A stretch of DNA of 64,000 nucleotides from Candidatus Latescibacterota bacterium (lineage in GTDB: Bacteria; Latescibacterota; UBA2968; SICM01). Under the pieces are notes generated by a model. That model worked only from the letters and a program-made list of their open reading frames with translations, made no database searches and had not been told where the DNA came from. Location of the stretch: NCBI GenBank assembly GCA_965217865.1, contig CBDCJO010000001.1:32001-96000 (forward strand), read 5' to 3'. The translations under genes were made by a program, and so were the position numbers. Positions 1-10,147 of this stretch are shown here, one piece after another. Positions within the stretch are counted from its first letter, which is position 1. Each line of letters starts with the position of its first letter.

Positions 1-215
1 AACAACATGAAAACGACCAGGGCGGCTACCCACATCATCACGACGTGTTTTGAGATGGACATGTCCACACCGAGGACTTTCCACGCCTCCCCGTGAGGCA
101 GAGGGATGTGAAGACCGAACGGGAGATGGAGCTCATATGAGTCGATAACGTGCTCGATGATAAACCCGCTGCCCTCGCCGTTCTGCGCCGCACCGGATTC
201 AACCGGTTCTGACAT
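1..215 (-). CDS. atpB: F0F1 ATP synthase subunit a, N-terminal part (runs off window)
   Basis: Hand translation from ATG 215 (SD AGGAGG upstream): MSEPVESGAAQNGEGSGFIIEHVIDSYELHLPFGLHIPLPHGEAWKVLGVDMSISKHVVMMWVAAL. The 'IIEHV.D' and 'D.SISKHVVMMW' segments are typical of FCB-type subunit a; follows atpZ-atpI. Confidence 0.88.
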   Translation of the reverse strand, partial: MSEPVESGAAQNGEGSGFIIEHVIDSYELHLPFGLHIPLPHGEAWKVLGVDMSISKHVVMMWVAALVVFML

Positions 216-224
216 CCAGACCTC

Positions 225-623
225 CTACTTTTCCTGATGATGAGCCGGCAGCCGCTTGACCAAAAAAATGACCTCCATAACTTGAAAGACCACATAAAAC
301 CCGAATAGCCCCCAGATGAATCCCGATACGTGTATATCGGTGTATTTGATCAACACGAACACCGATATTCCGATCAGGGCCATGCGAAGGCCCATGCTCC
401 CGAACACCGTCTGGAAAAAGGTCGTCCGGGATCGATTGAACGCCCACGTGATGGTCGTGCACCCCGCGACAACGTTGAGGACCGCCAGGGCGGAACCTGC
501 GGCAAGACCCCAGATCAACCTCTGGGACCCGTAGGTGACAAGGGGATAAGCTGCGATCAGGCACGTCCCGATCAGCACGAACCCCACCTGCCAGGCGAAC
601 CCGCCGATTCCTATGTCACTCAT
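225..623 (-). CDS. atpI: ATP synthase subunit I-like membrane protein
   Basis: About 132 aa with four hydrophobic segments and a G..LR motif; ATG 623 overlaps the atpZ stop (ATGA); lies before atpB. Confidence 0.75.
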   Translation of the reverse strand: MSDIGIGGFAWQVGFVLIGTCLIAAYPLVTYGSQRLIWGLAAGSALAVLNVVAGCTTITWAFNRSRTTFFQTVFGSMGLRMALIGISVFVLIKYTDIHVSGFIWGLFGFYVVFQVMEVIFLVKRLPAHHQEK

Positions 624-886
624 GTCTTTTGTTCCGAATCCTTTTCCTTGTGTTCTTTTTCCTGCAGGCCAACGACCGTTCTGTAGAGATTGTAAAAGCC
701 GGCTGCCATACCGAAAAATGCCCCTACCAGCATAAACGCCGGTGAGGTGTCCCATTGCCTGTCGATCCACCACCCGATCCCCAGGCAAATAAGAATCGCC
801 GCTGTGAACTCAACTCCGATTCCAAGATACCTCCCGATCTCCCGGTAACCGGCACCCCGGCCTTGCCTTTCCTCTTCGCGTTTCAC
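620..886 (-). CDS. atpZ: AtpZ/AtpI-family protein (ATPase gene 1)
   Basis: 88 aa with 'IGWWIDRQWDTSPAFMLVGAFFG', the two-TM ATPase_gene1 pattern. Confidence 0.85.
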   Translation of the reverse strand: MKREEERQGRGAGYREIGRYLGIGVEFTAAILICLGIGWWIDRQWDTSPAFMLVGAFFGMAAGFYNLYRTVVGLQEKEHKEKDSEQKT

Positions 887-1035
887 ATTTCAGGCCCGCC
901 AAATATTCATTGGATATCGAATATCGGGAAATTGAATATTGGAAAAACCCATGACTTTCTTGTGGCCTTATGGATCTCTTTGATCTTCAATCTCCTCGGG
1001 CTCCGATCTTCAATTTTCAATCAATCAATCTTCAA

Positions 1036-2487
1036 TTACATCATCACCGATGCAACTGTCTCTCTTGCCCGGTCCAGGGACCAGGACGGAAATATGCCGA
1101 TCGTGAGCGTAGCGATCGCAGAGATACCCGTGGCACACGCGGCCAGCGGGGTCACGATCACAGGTTGGGCATCTTCCGCGGGGTCTTTCATGTACATATT
1201 GACGACAACCCCCACGTAGAAATAGACGGAAACCAAACTGTTGAGCACCCCGATAACCGCCAGGCTGATGAATCCCGCTTTGACCGCGGCCCCGAAGATG
1301 TAGAACTTGCCCAGGAATCCCGCGGTCGGCGGAAAACCTGCGAGCGACAACATGAACACGGCCATCGCCAGGGCAAGCGCGGGGTTTCGGTAGGCCAGGC
1401 CGTTGTAATCGCGAAGATCCATCCCCACATCCCCCCGACCGCTCACCAGGATGACCACCGCGAACGCGCCGATGTTCATAAAGGTATAGGCGAACAGGTA
1501 GAACATCGCGCCTGAAATACCCTGGTCGTTCATCGCCGTCAAAGCGACCAGTATGTAACCCGCGTGTGCGATGCCGGAGTAGGCCAGCATCCGTTTGATA
1601 CTGTGCTGGGAGATGGCCGCCAGATTTCCAACGGTCATCGTCAAAACGGCCAGAACCCAGAGCGCAGCCGACCACTCCGTACGGAGTGGGTCCAGGTCGA
1701 AGGTGGTGAAGAGCATTCGTAGAAGCGCTGCAAACCCGGCAGCCTTTGGACCCGCAGAGAGGAACGCCGTGATGGCTGTCGGCGCACCCTCATAGACATC
1801 AGGCACCCACATGTGGAAAGGAACCGCGGCGACCTTGAATCCCAAACCCACCAGGAGGAGCCCGAGCCCAGCCAGAAGCATCGGTAGATGATCGATCGGT
1901 TGTCTTGAAAGAACCTCACTTATCTGATTGAGGTTCGTCGTGCCGACAGCACCGTAAATCAGCGCGATTCCATAAAGGAGAAACCCGGTAGCGAAAGCAC
2001 CCAGAAGCAGATATTTCAGGGAGGACTCATTCGATTCGGAACGGCCGTGAAAAAACCCGACAAGTACATAGAGCGACAACGACAGCAGCTCCAACCCCAG
2101 GAATATGATGAGCAGATCGACCCCGGAGGCCATCAGCATCATCCCGAGGGTCGCACACAGGATCAAGAAGTAATAGTCGCTCCTGCCGGATTCCTCCCTT
2201 CTCAGGTATCCCGTAGAGATGAAGACAGTAAGTCCCGTGCCGATCAGAAATATGATCTTTGAGAAGACGGCGAACTTGTCCAGGACCACCATATCGTTGA
2301 ATGCGAGGTCCCGGCCGCCCCACTGCTGGCAAACGGTCCAGAGCGCGGCCCCGGTGCCGATGATCGTGATCCAGGCCGCAACTGTCCCCCTGCTTTGCGG
2401 GGACACAATATCGACCAGAAGTACGAGCAACGCCACCGATGTGATGATCAACTCGGGGGCGATCACCGCCCATTCCAGCTCAGGCAA
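1036..2487 (-). CDS. nuoN: NADH-quinone oxidoreductase subunit N
   Basis: Antiporter-like subunit with ESSLKYLLLG, FKVAAVPFHMWVPDVYEGAP and KRMLAYSGIAH. Confidence 0.97.
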   Translation of the reverse strand: MPELEWAVIAPELIITSVALLVLLVDIVSPQSRGTVAAWITIIGTGAALWTVCQQWGGRDLAFNDMVVLDKFAVFSKIIFLIGTGLTVFISTGYLRREESGRSDYYFLILCATLGMMLMASGVDLLIIFLGLELLSLSLYVLVGFFHGRSESNESSLKYLLLGAFATGFLLYGIALIYGAVGTTNLNQISEVLSRQPIDHLPMLLAGLGLLLVGLGFKVAAVPFHMWVPDVYEGAPTAITAFLSAGPKAAGFAALLRMLFTTFDLDPLRTEWSAALWVLAVLTMTVGNLAAISQHSIKRMLAYSGIAHAGYILVALTAMNDQGISGAMFYLFAYTFMNIGAFAVVILVSGRGDVGMDLRDYNGLAYRNPALALAMAVFMLSLAGFPPTAGFLGKFYIFGAAVKAGFISLAVIGVLNSLVSVYFYVGVVVNMYMKDPAEDAQPVIVTPLAACATGISAIATLTIGIFPSWSLDRARETVASVMM

Positions 2488-2555
2488 GGGATTCTCCGGA
2501 TATCCGATGACAAATTACAAAATGTTGGACGCCAGATGCAATCATAAAATCCGTT

Positions 2556-4097
2556 TCAATCACCGGGAACAAAGATCTTATTTGAAGAGTAGGACGGCCT
2601 TACTCCTGTCTCTTCCAGGACCACCCTCCTCTCCGCTTCGACCCGTTGGAGCACACGGCTCACTGACGGCTCCATTTTATTCAGAAATGCGTTTGGATAG
2701 ACCCCGATCCAGATCATCCCGGCGACGATCGGGATGAGAATAGCCACCTCCCGGACCGAAAGGTCCTTCAATCTCCTGTTCTCATCGTGTTTAACCTCTC
2801 CGAAAACCACGCGCTGGTATACCCAGAGCATGTAGACCGCGGCAATGATCACGCCCGTCGCGGCAATCGTCCCATAAATCCAATTCCTGTGGAAGGCCCC
2901 CACCAGGATCAGGAACTCCCCGATGAAACCGTTCAATCCGGGAAGACCGATAGATGAGAACATCACGATCATAAAAAAGGCAGAAAAGAGAGGGAGGATC
3001 TTCGCGAGCCCGCCGAAGTCTTCGATCTCCCGGGTATGCCTCCTTTCGTAAATCATCCCCACAAGCAAGAACAGCGCCCCCGTGCTCAGGCCGTGGTTCA
3101 CCATCTGGAGGATTGCCCCGTTGACGCCTTGAGCGTTCAGCGCAAATATCCCCAGGACGACAAATCCGAGATGGCTGACGCTCGAATAGGCCACAAGCTT
3201 TTTGATGTCCCGCTGCATCATGGAGACCAAGGCCCCGTAAACGATCCCGACCAAGGCGAGGGCCGAAATCATCGGAAGAAAATGATTCGTTGCGTACGGA
3301 AAAAGCGGAAGACAAAACCGAATCAAACCATAGGTCCCCATCTTGAGGAGCACCCCGGCAAGGATGACACTCCCAGCCGTAGGGGCCTCCACGTGAGCAT
3401 CGGGCAGCCAGGTGTGGACAGGAAAAAGAGGCACCTTGATCGCGAAACTCACAAAAAATGCCAGAAACAACCAAATCTGGAGCTCCCGGGGAAGCGATGA
3501 CTTCAAGATCGTCAGAAATTCGAAAGTTTCCGCTCCCGTTTTGAAGTAGAGCACCAGGATGCCCACCAACATCAAGACCGAACCCGCCATCGTGAACAGC
3601 AAAAACTTAATCGCCGCGTAGATTCGGCGCTGCCCCCCCCATACCCCGATCAGGAGCGCCATCGGAATGAGCATCGCCTCCCAGAAAACGTAAAAAAGCA
3701 GAAGATCCAAGGCGCAAAACACCCCCAGCATCCCGCTCTCCAGAAACAGCACAACGGCCATGAACTCCCTCACCCGCGACGTAATCGCATTCCACGACGC
3801 CAGGATCGACAACGCTGTCAGGAATGTTGTGATCAGCACCAAAATCAGACTGATCCCGTCGATCCCCAGGGAATAGCTCGCCCCGATGCTCTCGATCCAT
3901 GGAACACGCTCCGTAAATTGCATCTTCGCGGTGTTTTCCTCGAACCCCGTGAAGAGCTGAATCGATAGGAGAAATTCACCGATCGACACGAACAGGGCAA
4001 ACCCCCTACAGAAACCCTCCCGTCCTCGGCCAAGGGCCATGATGATCAGTGCCCCGGTGACCGGGAGGAAGATGAGATATGTCAGAATATTGTTCAT
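2556..4097 (-). CDS. nuoM: NADH-quinone oxidoreductase subunit M
   Basis: [38 protein letters not shown]. Confidence 0.97.
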   Translation of the reverse strand: MNNILTYLIFLPVTGALIIMALGRGREGFCRGFALFVSIGEFLLSIQLFTGFEENTAKMQFTERVPWIESIGASYSLGIDGISLILVLITTFLTALSILASWNAITSRVREFMAVVLFLESGMLGVFCALDLLLFYVFWEAMLIPMALLIGVWGGQRRIYAAIKFLLFTMAGSVLMLVGILVLYFKTGAETFEFLTILKSSLPRELQIWLFLAFFVSFAIKVPLFPVHTWLPDAHVEAPTAGSVILAGVLLKMGTYGLIRFCLPLFPYATNHFLPMISALALVGIVYGALVSMMQRDIKKLVAYSSVSHLGFVVLGIFALNAQGVNGAILQMVNHGLSTGALFLLVGMIYERRHTREIEDFGGLAKILPLFSAFFMIVMFSSIGLPGLNGFIGEFLILVGAFHRNWIYGTIAATGVIIAAVYMLWVYQRVVFGEVKHDENRRLKDLSVREVAILIPIVAGMIWIGVYPNAFLNKMEPSVSRVLQRVEAERRVVLEETGVRPSYSSNKIFVPGD

Positions 4098-4192
4098 AAG
4101 AGGAAGGAAAACAGGAGTCAGAATTCAGAATACAGAAGCAATTTGATTTTGATCTTCTTCTTTATTCTATATTCTGTATTCTGGTTTGTATT

Positions 4193-6097
4193 CTATCGAA
4201 TGATATAGTAAAGCATCACAACAGCTCCAACAACCATCGACGTGGCATAAACGGGAGTCTTTCCGGTCTGGACCCGGCTGACGATCCAGCTCACCGCCTT
4301 AACGAACATTCCGGTGAGATTCACAAGCCCGTCCACGATCAGCGAATCGAGTACATCCCAGAGAAAATTCGCAAACCGCTTCAGGGGCTGAACGATGAGG
4401 GCATCGTAAATTTCATCCACATAATACTTTTGGACCAATAACCGGTGAAGCCCCCCCGCGCTATGGGACGCCCTTTCCTTGGTGAAGGGTTTGGCGATGT
4501 ACATGCGCCACGCCAGGAAGATGCCCCCGGCGGCCACCAGGGTCGACAGGGCCATCAAGCCGAGCCGACTTCCACCTGTCGCTTCGTGGGCAACTGTATT
4601 CGGAACGATGGACCGGCCCAGGAAGGAAAAGATGCCCCCGTGCTCGCTAACCCCGACCCACCCGGCCGCAACGGACCCCACGGCAAGGACGATCAGAGGA
4701 ATGGTCATCGATGGGGGTGCCTCGTGGACGTGATGTTCCACCGATGGATCAACTCGCGAGACCCCGTAAAGCGCGACGAATATCAGCCGGAACATATAGA
4801 AAGCCGTCATGAAAGCCGTAATCATTCCCAGTGCCCAGATCCCATAATGGCCGCCGTGGAAAGCGGCATCCAGGATGGCGTCCTTGCTCCAGAAGCCGGC
4901 AAGAGGTGGAACGCCGGCAATCGCAATCGCCCCGATCAGAAACGTCCAGGACGTGATCGGCATGTATTTTTTCAGACCGCCCATCTTCCGCATGTCCAGC
5001 TCCCCCGACATGGCGTGCATCACACTCCCGGCGGTCAGGAACAGCAGCCCTTTGAAGAACGCGTGGGTCATCAGGTGGAAGATCCCGACGGCATAGGCAC
5101 CCACTCCGGCACCTATGAACATGAAACCGAGCTGGCTCACCGTTGAGTAGGCCAGGACCCTTTTAATGTCGTTGGTCACCATGGCAATCGAGGCCGCGAA
5201 GAATGCCGTGATGACCCCGACTCCCGCCACGACGGCCGCAGCCATCGGCGCCAGGTCGAAAAGGACATAGCATCGAGCGACCATGTAGACCCCCGCCGTC
5301 ACCATCGTCGCTGCGTGGATCAATGAAGAGACGGGCGTTGGGCCCTCCATCGCGTCTGGAAGCCAAACGTAAAGCGGAAATTGCGCCGATTTTCCCACCG
5401 CTCCTGCAAACAGCAGCAGCGCGATGGCCGTGATCGTGATTTCTGGAAGGTTGTGAGCATCCTGGAAAACAGGCGCGAAGTCCAGCGTTCCCAAGTGCTT
5501 GAAGATCAGGAAGAGGGCGATAAGAAATCCGAAATCCCCTATCCTGTTGACCACGAAGGCCTTTTTTCCCGCATCGGACGCGGACTTTTTTTCGTACCAG
5601 AACCCGATCAGAAGATAGGAGCAGAGCCCCACCGCTTCCCAGCCTACGAACATCTGAACAAAGTTGTTAGCGAGAACGAGGACAAGCATCGAAAAAACGA
5701 ACAGGTTCAGATACGCGAAGTATCGGGAGTATCCCGGGTCGCCGTGCATGTACCCGATGGAATAAATGTGGACGAGGAACGATACGGTTGTCACGACCAG
5801 GAGCATGACAGAGGACAGTTCGTCCACCTGAAATCCCACCGAGATATTCAGGTCGCCCACTGAAATCCACGAGTACAATCTGTGTGGAACATCCACCCCC
5901 AGGGTCTCACCCTTCAACACGTTCCGAAAAACCAGGATGGCCAAAATCCAGGAGGCCCCAACAGCGGAGCAGGCGATCCAATGGACACCCCGGCCGAGCT
6001 TTCGGCCGAAAAAACCGTTCAGGGCAGCCCCTGCCAGGGGACAGATCAGAATCCAGAGAACGCAGGATTCAATCAGGTTTGGGCTCGACGGGTTCAA
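4193..6097 (-). CDS. nuoL: NADH-quinone oxidoreductase subunit L
   Basis: GKSAQFPLYVWLPDAMEGPTPVS, HAFFKGLLFL, YYVDEIYD. Confidence 0.97.
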   Translation of the reverse strand: MNPSSPNLIESCVLWILICPLAGAALNGFFGRKLGRGVHWIACSAVGASWILAILVFRNVLKGETLGVDVPHRLYSWISVGDLNISVGFQVDELSSVMLLVVTTVSFLVHIYSIGYMHGDPGYSRYFAYLNLFVFSMLVLVLANNFVQMFVGWEAVGLCSYLLIGFWYEKKSASDAGKKAFVVNRIGDFGFLIALFLIFKHLGTLDFAPVFQDAHNLPEITITAIALLLFAGAVGKSAQFPLYVWLPDAMEGPTPVSSLIHAATMVTAGVYMVARCYVLFDLAPMAAAVVAGVGVITAFFAASIAMVTNDIKRVLAYSTVSQLGFMFIGAGVGAYAVGIFHLMTHAFFKGLLFLTAGSVMHAMSGELDMRKMGGLKKYMPITSWTFLIGAIAIAGVPPLAGFWSKDAILDAAFHGGHYGIWALGMITAFMTAFYMFRLIFVALYGVSRVDPSVEHHVHEAPPSMTIPLIVLAVGSVAAGWVGVSEHGGIFSFLGRSIVPNTVAHEATGGSRLGLMALSTLVAAGGIFLAWRMYIAKPFTKERASHSAGGLHRLLVQKYYVDEIYDALIVQPLKRFANFLWDVLDSLIVDGLVNLTGMFVKAVSWIVSRVQTGKTPVYATSMVVGAVVMLYYIIR

Positions 6098-6198
6098 TAT
6101 TCCGGCTCCAAAGGTGCGACTCAGATCAGTTCTTGGTCACGTCTCCAAAAGGTGTCATCCTTAGCACTCGAGTCTCAGAGCCCGATGCGCGAAGAATT

Positions 6199-6501
6199 CT
6201 ACCACTTCAACAAATTGATCTCCCCGACATCGATCGTCTCCCGGTTTCTAAAAAGCGCAATGATGATCGCAAGACCCACGGCGACTTCTGCCGCGGCTAC
6301 GGTCATCACGAAGAAGACGAAAATCTGCCCGGAAGCCTGTCCGTAGTGATTCGCAAATGCCACAAATGACAGGTTGACTGCGTTCAGCATCAGCTCAACC
6401 GACATAAAAATCACGATCACGTTCCGCCGGGTGAGCACCCCGATCACCCCAATGACGAAAAGAATAGCGCTCAGAATATTATAATATCCGATGGGAACCA
6501 T
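6199..6501 (-). CDS. nuoK: NADH-quinone oxidoreductase subunit K
   Basis: 100 aa with MSVELMLN and [10 protein letters not shown]. Confidence 0.97.
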   Translation of the reverse strand: MVPIGYYNILSAILFVIGVIGVLTRRNVIVIFMSVELMLNAVNLSFVAFANHYGQASGQIFVFFVMTVAAAEVAVGLAIIIALFRNRETIDVGEINLLKW

Positions 6502-6614
6502 AAGGCGTCATTGACTATTGAATATCGAGAAATTGAATATTAGGAAAAACCAAGGACTTTCTTGTCGTCTTATTGACCTCGCTTCAATATTCTTCAATAT
6601 TCGATCTTCAATTT

Positions 6615-7154
6615 TCAATCTTCAATTTCCTCACCCGACCCCTGGCCTCTTTCCCGTTTCACAAGCACCACCACGCCGATGAGCGCAACCGTGAGGATGA
6701 CGGCAGCGATCTCGAAGGGAAGGAGATATACGGTGAACAATATCCTCCCAATCGACTCGGTATTCTCAGTCTGGAGGGTGGTGGGCTCGCGCGGTTCCGT
6801 ACTCTGGAGCCATCCGCCCGCACCGGCCACCGCCCCGATCTGGGACAGAAGCAAGACGACCAGAACAAGAACAAAGATCCACCGGAATCTGCCCACGGCC
6901 GCATCCATCAAATCTTTTCGACCCAGATTGAGGAGCATGATCACAAACAGAAACAGGATCATGATCGCCCCGGCATAGACGATCACCATCACAGCGGACA
7001 AAAAGTAGGCCTCCAGCAAAACGAAAAGCCCTGCCAGACAGAAGAAGGTCATTACCAATGACAGGGCGCTGTAGACCGGATTTCGAAAGAGCACGACCAA
7101 CACCGCCGACGACACGGCCAGGGCCGCGAAGACATAGAACATAACCACTGTCAT
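6615..7154 (-). CDS. nuoJ: NADH-quinone oxidoreductase subunit J
   Basis: NPVYSAL, VIVYAGAIMILFLFVIMLL, YLLPFE; start taken at ATG 7154. Confidence 0.95.
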   Translation of the reverse strand: MTVVMFYVFAALAVSSAVLVVLFRNPVYSALSLVMTFFCLAGLFVLLEAYFLSAVMVIVYAGAIMILFLFVIMLLNLGRKDLMDAAVGRFRWIFVLVLVVLLLSQIGAVAGAGGWLQSTEPREPTTLQTENTESIGRILFTVYLLPFEIAAVILTVALIGVVVLVKRERGQGSGEEIED

Positions 7155-7215
7155 AATTCGCCCCAAACCAAAATCCCGTCAAGCGTATCTCGACGTCTGT
7201 TTAACGCTTCACGCT

Positions 7216-8253
7216 TCACGGCCATATGGCGAGAACTGCGCCGGTAATCAAGATATTGAGGAATGCAAGCTCGATCAGAACCTTCCAGCCCAGGCTCATC
7301 AGCTGGTCGTACCGGAATCGCGGCAGCGTCCACCGGACCCAGATGAACAGGAAAAGGAATACAGACGTTTTGGCCATAAAGACCGCAATCTTCAAAAGGC
7401 TGTAACCCAGGGAGGTCGCTCCTTCGGGTATCAGCCACGGCAAGTGCCATCCTCCGAAAAAGAGGGTAACGATAACCGCCGAAGAGACGATCATGTTCGC
7501 ATATTCCGCCATGAAAAACATGGCGAACTTGATGCTGCTGTACTCCGCGTGATATCCTGCGACAAGCTCCTGTTCGCATTCCGGAAGGTCGAAGGGAAGG
7601 CGATTCGTCTCGGCATACGCCGCGATGATAAACAAAAGGCAACCCAGCGGTTGGGTCAAAACATTCCACCTTGGAATCACCCCCCAGAGCATCTGGGTCT
7701 GACCCGCAACCAGCTCATTCAGCCGAAGGGATCCATCGATCATCAATACCCCGATGATGGACAATCCAAGTGTTAATTCATAGCTGATCATCTGGGAAGA
7801 TGCCCGGAGCCCCCCCAGGAGTGAATACTTGTTGTTCGATGCCCACCCCCCGAGGACGATTCCGTAGACTCCCAGAGAGGTCAGCGCCAGGATGTAGAGA
7901 ATACCGATGTTGAGGTCGGCGATCTGAAGCCGGACATCACGGCCGAATAAGGGAATCGTATCCCCGAAAGGAACCACAGCGAAGGTCATAAAGGCCGGCA
8001 CAAGAATCATGACCGGGGCCATAAGGTAAACCACTTTATTCACGTGCTGCGGGATGATATCCTCCTTAAACATGAATTTGATCCCATCCGCAATCGGCTG
8101 GAGCAGGCCCCACAGCCCAACCCGGTTGGGGCCGTAACGGTGCTGGATGAACCCGCTCACCTTCCGCTCGGCCAGAATCATATAAGCCACGGTCCCCAGG
8201 AGAACACCAAAAACCACGAGGATCTTGACGAGTATTTCAATTAGATCTATCAT
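7216..8253 (-). CDS. nuoH: NADH-quinone oxidoreductase subunit H
   Basis: ERKVSGFIQHRYGPNRVG, AETNRLPFDLPE, PRFRYDQLM. Confidence 0.97.
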   Translation of the reverse strand: MIDLIEILVKILVVFGVLLGTVAYMILAERKVSGFIQHRYGPNRVGLWGLLQPIADGIKFMFKEDIIPQHVNKVVYLMAPVMILVPAFMTFAVVPFGDTIPLFGRDVRLQIADLNIGILYILALTSLGVYGIVLGGWASNNKYSLLGGLRASSQMISYELTLGLSIIGVLMIDGSLRLNELVAGQTQMLWGVIPRWNVLTQPLGCLLFIIAAYAETNRLPFDLPECEQELVAGYHAEYSSIKFAMFFMAEYANMIVSSAVIVTLFFGGWHLPWLIPEGATSLGYSLLKIAVFMAKTSVFLFLFIWVRWTLPRFRYDQLMSLGWKVLIELAFLNILITGAVLAIWP

Positions 8254-8369
8254 AAAAAGAAATAGCGATTCAAGTTGCCTTTGCTTTTTTCTGCCACTGC
8301 TACTGCTACTGGTTCAGTTGAATCGTCGATCTTACATCTCACGTTTCACGTCTCACCTTTGATGGCCTT

Positions 8370-9986
8370 TCAATCTTCATTCTTCAATTTCCTTCCGTGC
8401 TCTCCAAGCGATTCATAGGTCATCCCTGAATATCCTGGCACCTTTTGTGAGATCTCTTCCATCACCTCACGGACAGACAAATAGTCCAGGCCCACCCCCA
8501 TCGCCAAGGCCACCTCCCGAATCGCCTCCCAATCCGGCTTCGCCTCTCCCGGGGGAGGCAGTGCCCGTTTGAATCTTTGGACATGTCCGCCTTCGTTGGT
8601 GAACGTTCCTTCTTTCTCCGCGAAGGCGGTCCCCGGCAGCACCATATGGGCGACCGAAACCAGGTCGGAGGTCAGAATGTCCTGGACCAGCAAGAAATCC
8701 AGCTTTGAAAACGCCGACCGCTCCGGTTCCGTCAGCTTTTCCAAGGGGTCGCCCCCCAGAAGATAGAGGGCCTTGACCCGCCCTCCCTCGATCAACTCAA
8801 GAAGGTCCGGCATCTCCGTTATCCGCAACCCAAGTCCCCTGGCCATATCCTTTGCACCCCGGCTGTTCGGCGATTTGTCGGCCCGGATCGTAAACCCGCT
8901 CTTGAATATTACATCCCCTTCGGCGTTCAATTTTGGCCGAATCCCAACCGTGTCCGAACCGAAAACCTCCTTCATCAACTTGCAGAACAGGTAGTTCTCC
9001 TCGTTCGACAAATGGGCTGACATGATCCCTGCGACTGCGCCATCGGCCTTCGCCTTTTCGAAATGCTTCCGGGCTTCCTCCAGGCCTTCCGCCCACGACA
9101 CGCCGTGCCAATCGTTTCCCTCCCTGCGCGTCGGGACTGTCAACCGGTTGTCGGCGTGAACATAACCCCATCCATACCTTCCATCGTCGCACATCCAGAA
9201 TTGATTCACCTCGGGATTCTCACGCGGCTTCAAACGGCAGACCCGGTTGTTGTTCCGGTTGATGTCGATCCTGATGTTACAGCCCGCGCTGCATCCCGGA
9301 CATATGGAATCCTCGTGGTCAAGGAACCAGACCCGCTGTTTAAAAAGGAACGCCTTGTCCAAAAGGGCCCCCACCGGGCAGATATCGACTGTATTTCCGG
9401 ATAGCCGGTTATCAAGAGGAAAACCTGGGAAGATGTCTATTTCATTGTATACGCCCCTGTAGAAATAGCCCAATTCGCTCGTCCCGCTGACCTCATCACA
9501 GAAACGGGTACACCGGGTACAACGAATGCATCGGTCGGAATAGAGCATGATGTGCTTTCCGATGTCTTTCTTAGGCTGGACGAGCCTCGTCTCCAAAAAT
9601 CGACTATCCCCCGCGCCGTGGTCGTAGCTGTAGTCCTGCAGGTCGCATTCCCCGGCCTGATCACAAACCGGACAGTCCAACGGATGATTAATCAGGAGAA
9701 ACTCCATCACCGCTTTCTGAGTCTCCTTGACCAAAGGAGACTGCGTATCCACGACCATACCTTCGGCCGGCCGCGTCGTGCAGGCGGTCAAAAGGGATTT
9801 CCGCCGACCTCCGGGGGTATCGGCCTCGACCTCTACCATACACATCCTGCAGTTCCCCGGGACGCTCAACCCGGGGTGATAACAGTAGTGGGGGATACGA
9901 ATCCCGTTCTTCGACCCGTGCTGTATAAGATTCCCCAGCTCAGGTTGAATCTCGATTTCATTCCCGTCAATCGTAAAATTTGCCAT
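8370..9986 (-). CDS. nuoG: NADH-quinone oxidoreductase subunit G (short, 538 aa)
   Basis: HYCYH..GNCRMC (N1b), NHPLDCPVCDQAGEC (N5), CIRCTRC..C (N4), CPGCSAGC (N7-like). Confidence 0.93.
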   Translation of the reverse strand: MANFTIDGNEIEIQPELGNLIQHGSKNGIRIPHYCYHPGLSVPGNCRMCMVEVEADTPGGRRKSLLTACTTRPAEGMVVDTQSPLVKETQKAVMEFLLINHPLDCPVCDQAGECDLQDYSYDHGAGDSRFLETRLVQPKKDIGKHIMLYSDRCIRCTRCTRFCDEVSGTSELGYFYRGVYNEIDIFPGFPLDNRLSGNTVDICPVGALLDKAFLFKQRVWFLDHEDSICPGCSAGCNIRIDINRNNNRVCRLKPRENPEVNQFWMCDDGRYGWGYVHADNRLTVPTRREGNDWHGVSWAEGLEEARKHFEKAKADGAVAGIMSAHLSNEENYLFCKLMKEVFGSDTVGIRPKLNAEGDVIFKSGFTIRADKSPNSRGAKDMARGLGLRITEMPDLLELIEGGRVKALYLLGGDPLEKLTEPERSAFSKLDFLLVQDILTSDLVSVAHMVLPGTAFAEKEGTFTNEGGHVQRFKRALPPPGEAKPDWEAIREVALAMGVGLDYLSVREVMEEISQKVPGYSGMTYESLGEHGRKLKNED

Positions 9987-10147
9987 AGGATTAAATCATT
10001 GAATATCGAGGAATTGAATATTACCTTTTTATGCCTTATTTATCTTCAATTCCACTCAATCTTCAATGCCTTTTTCAATCTAAAATATCTCTTCAATCTC
10101 AATTTTCTATTTCAAATTATCTTCAATCTTCAATGCCCTTCATATCT

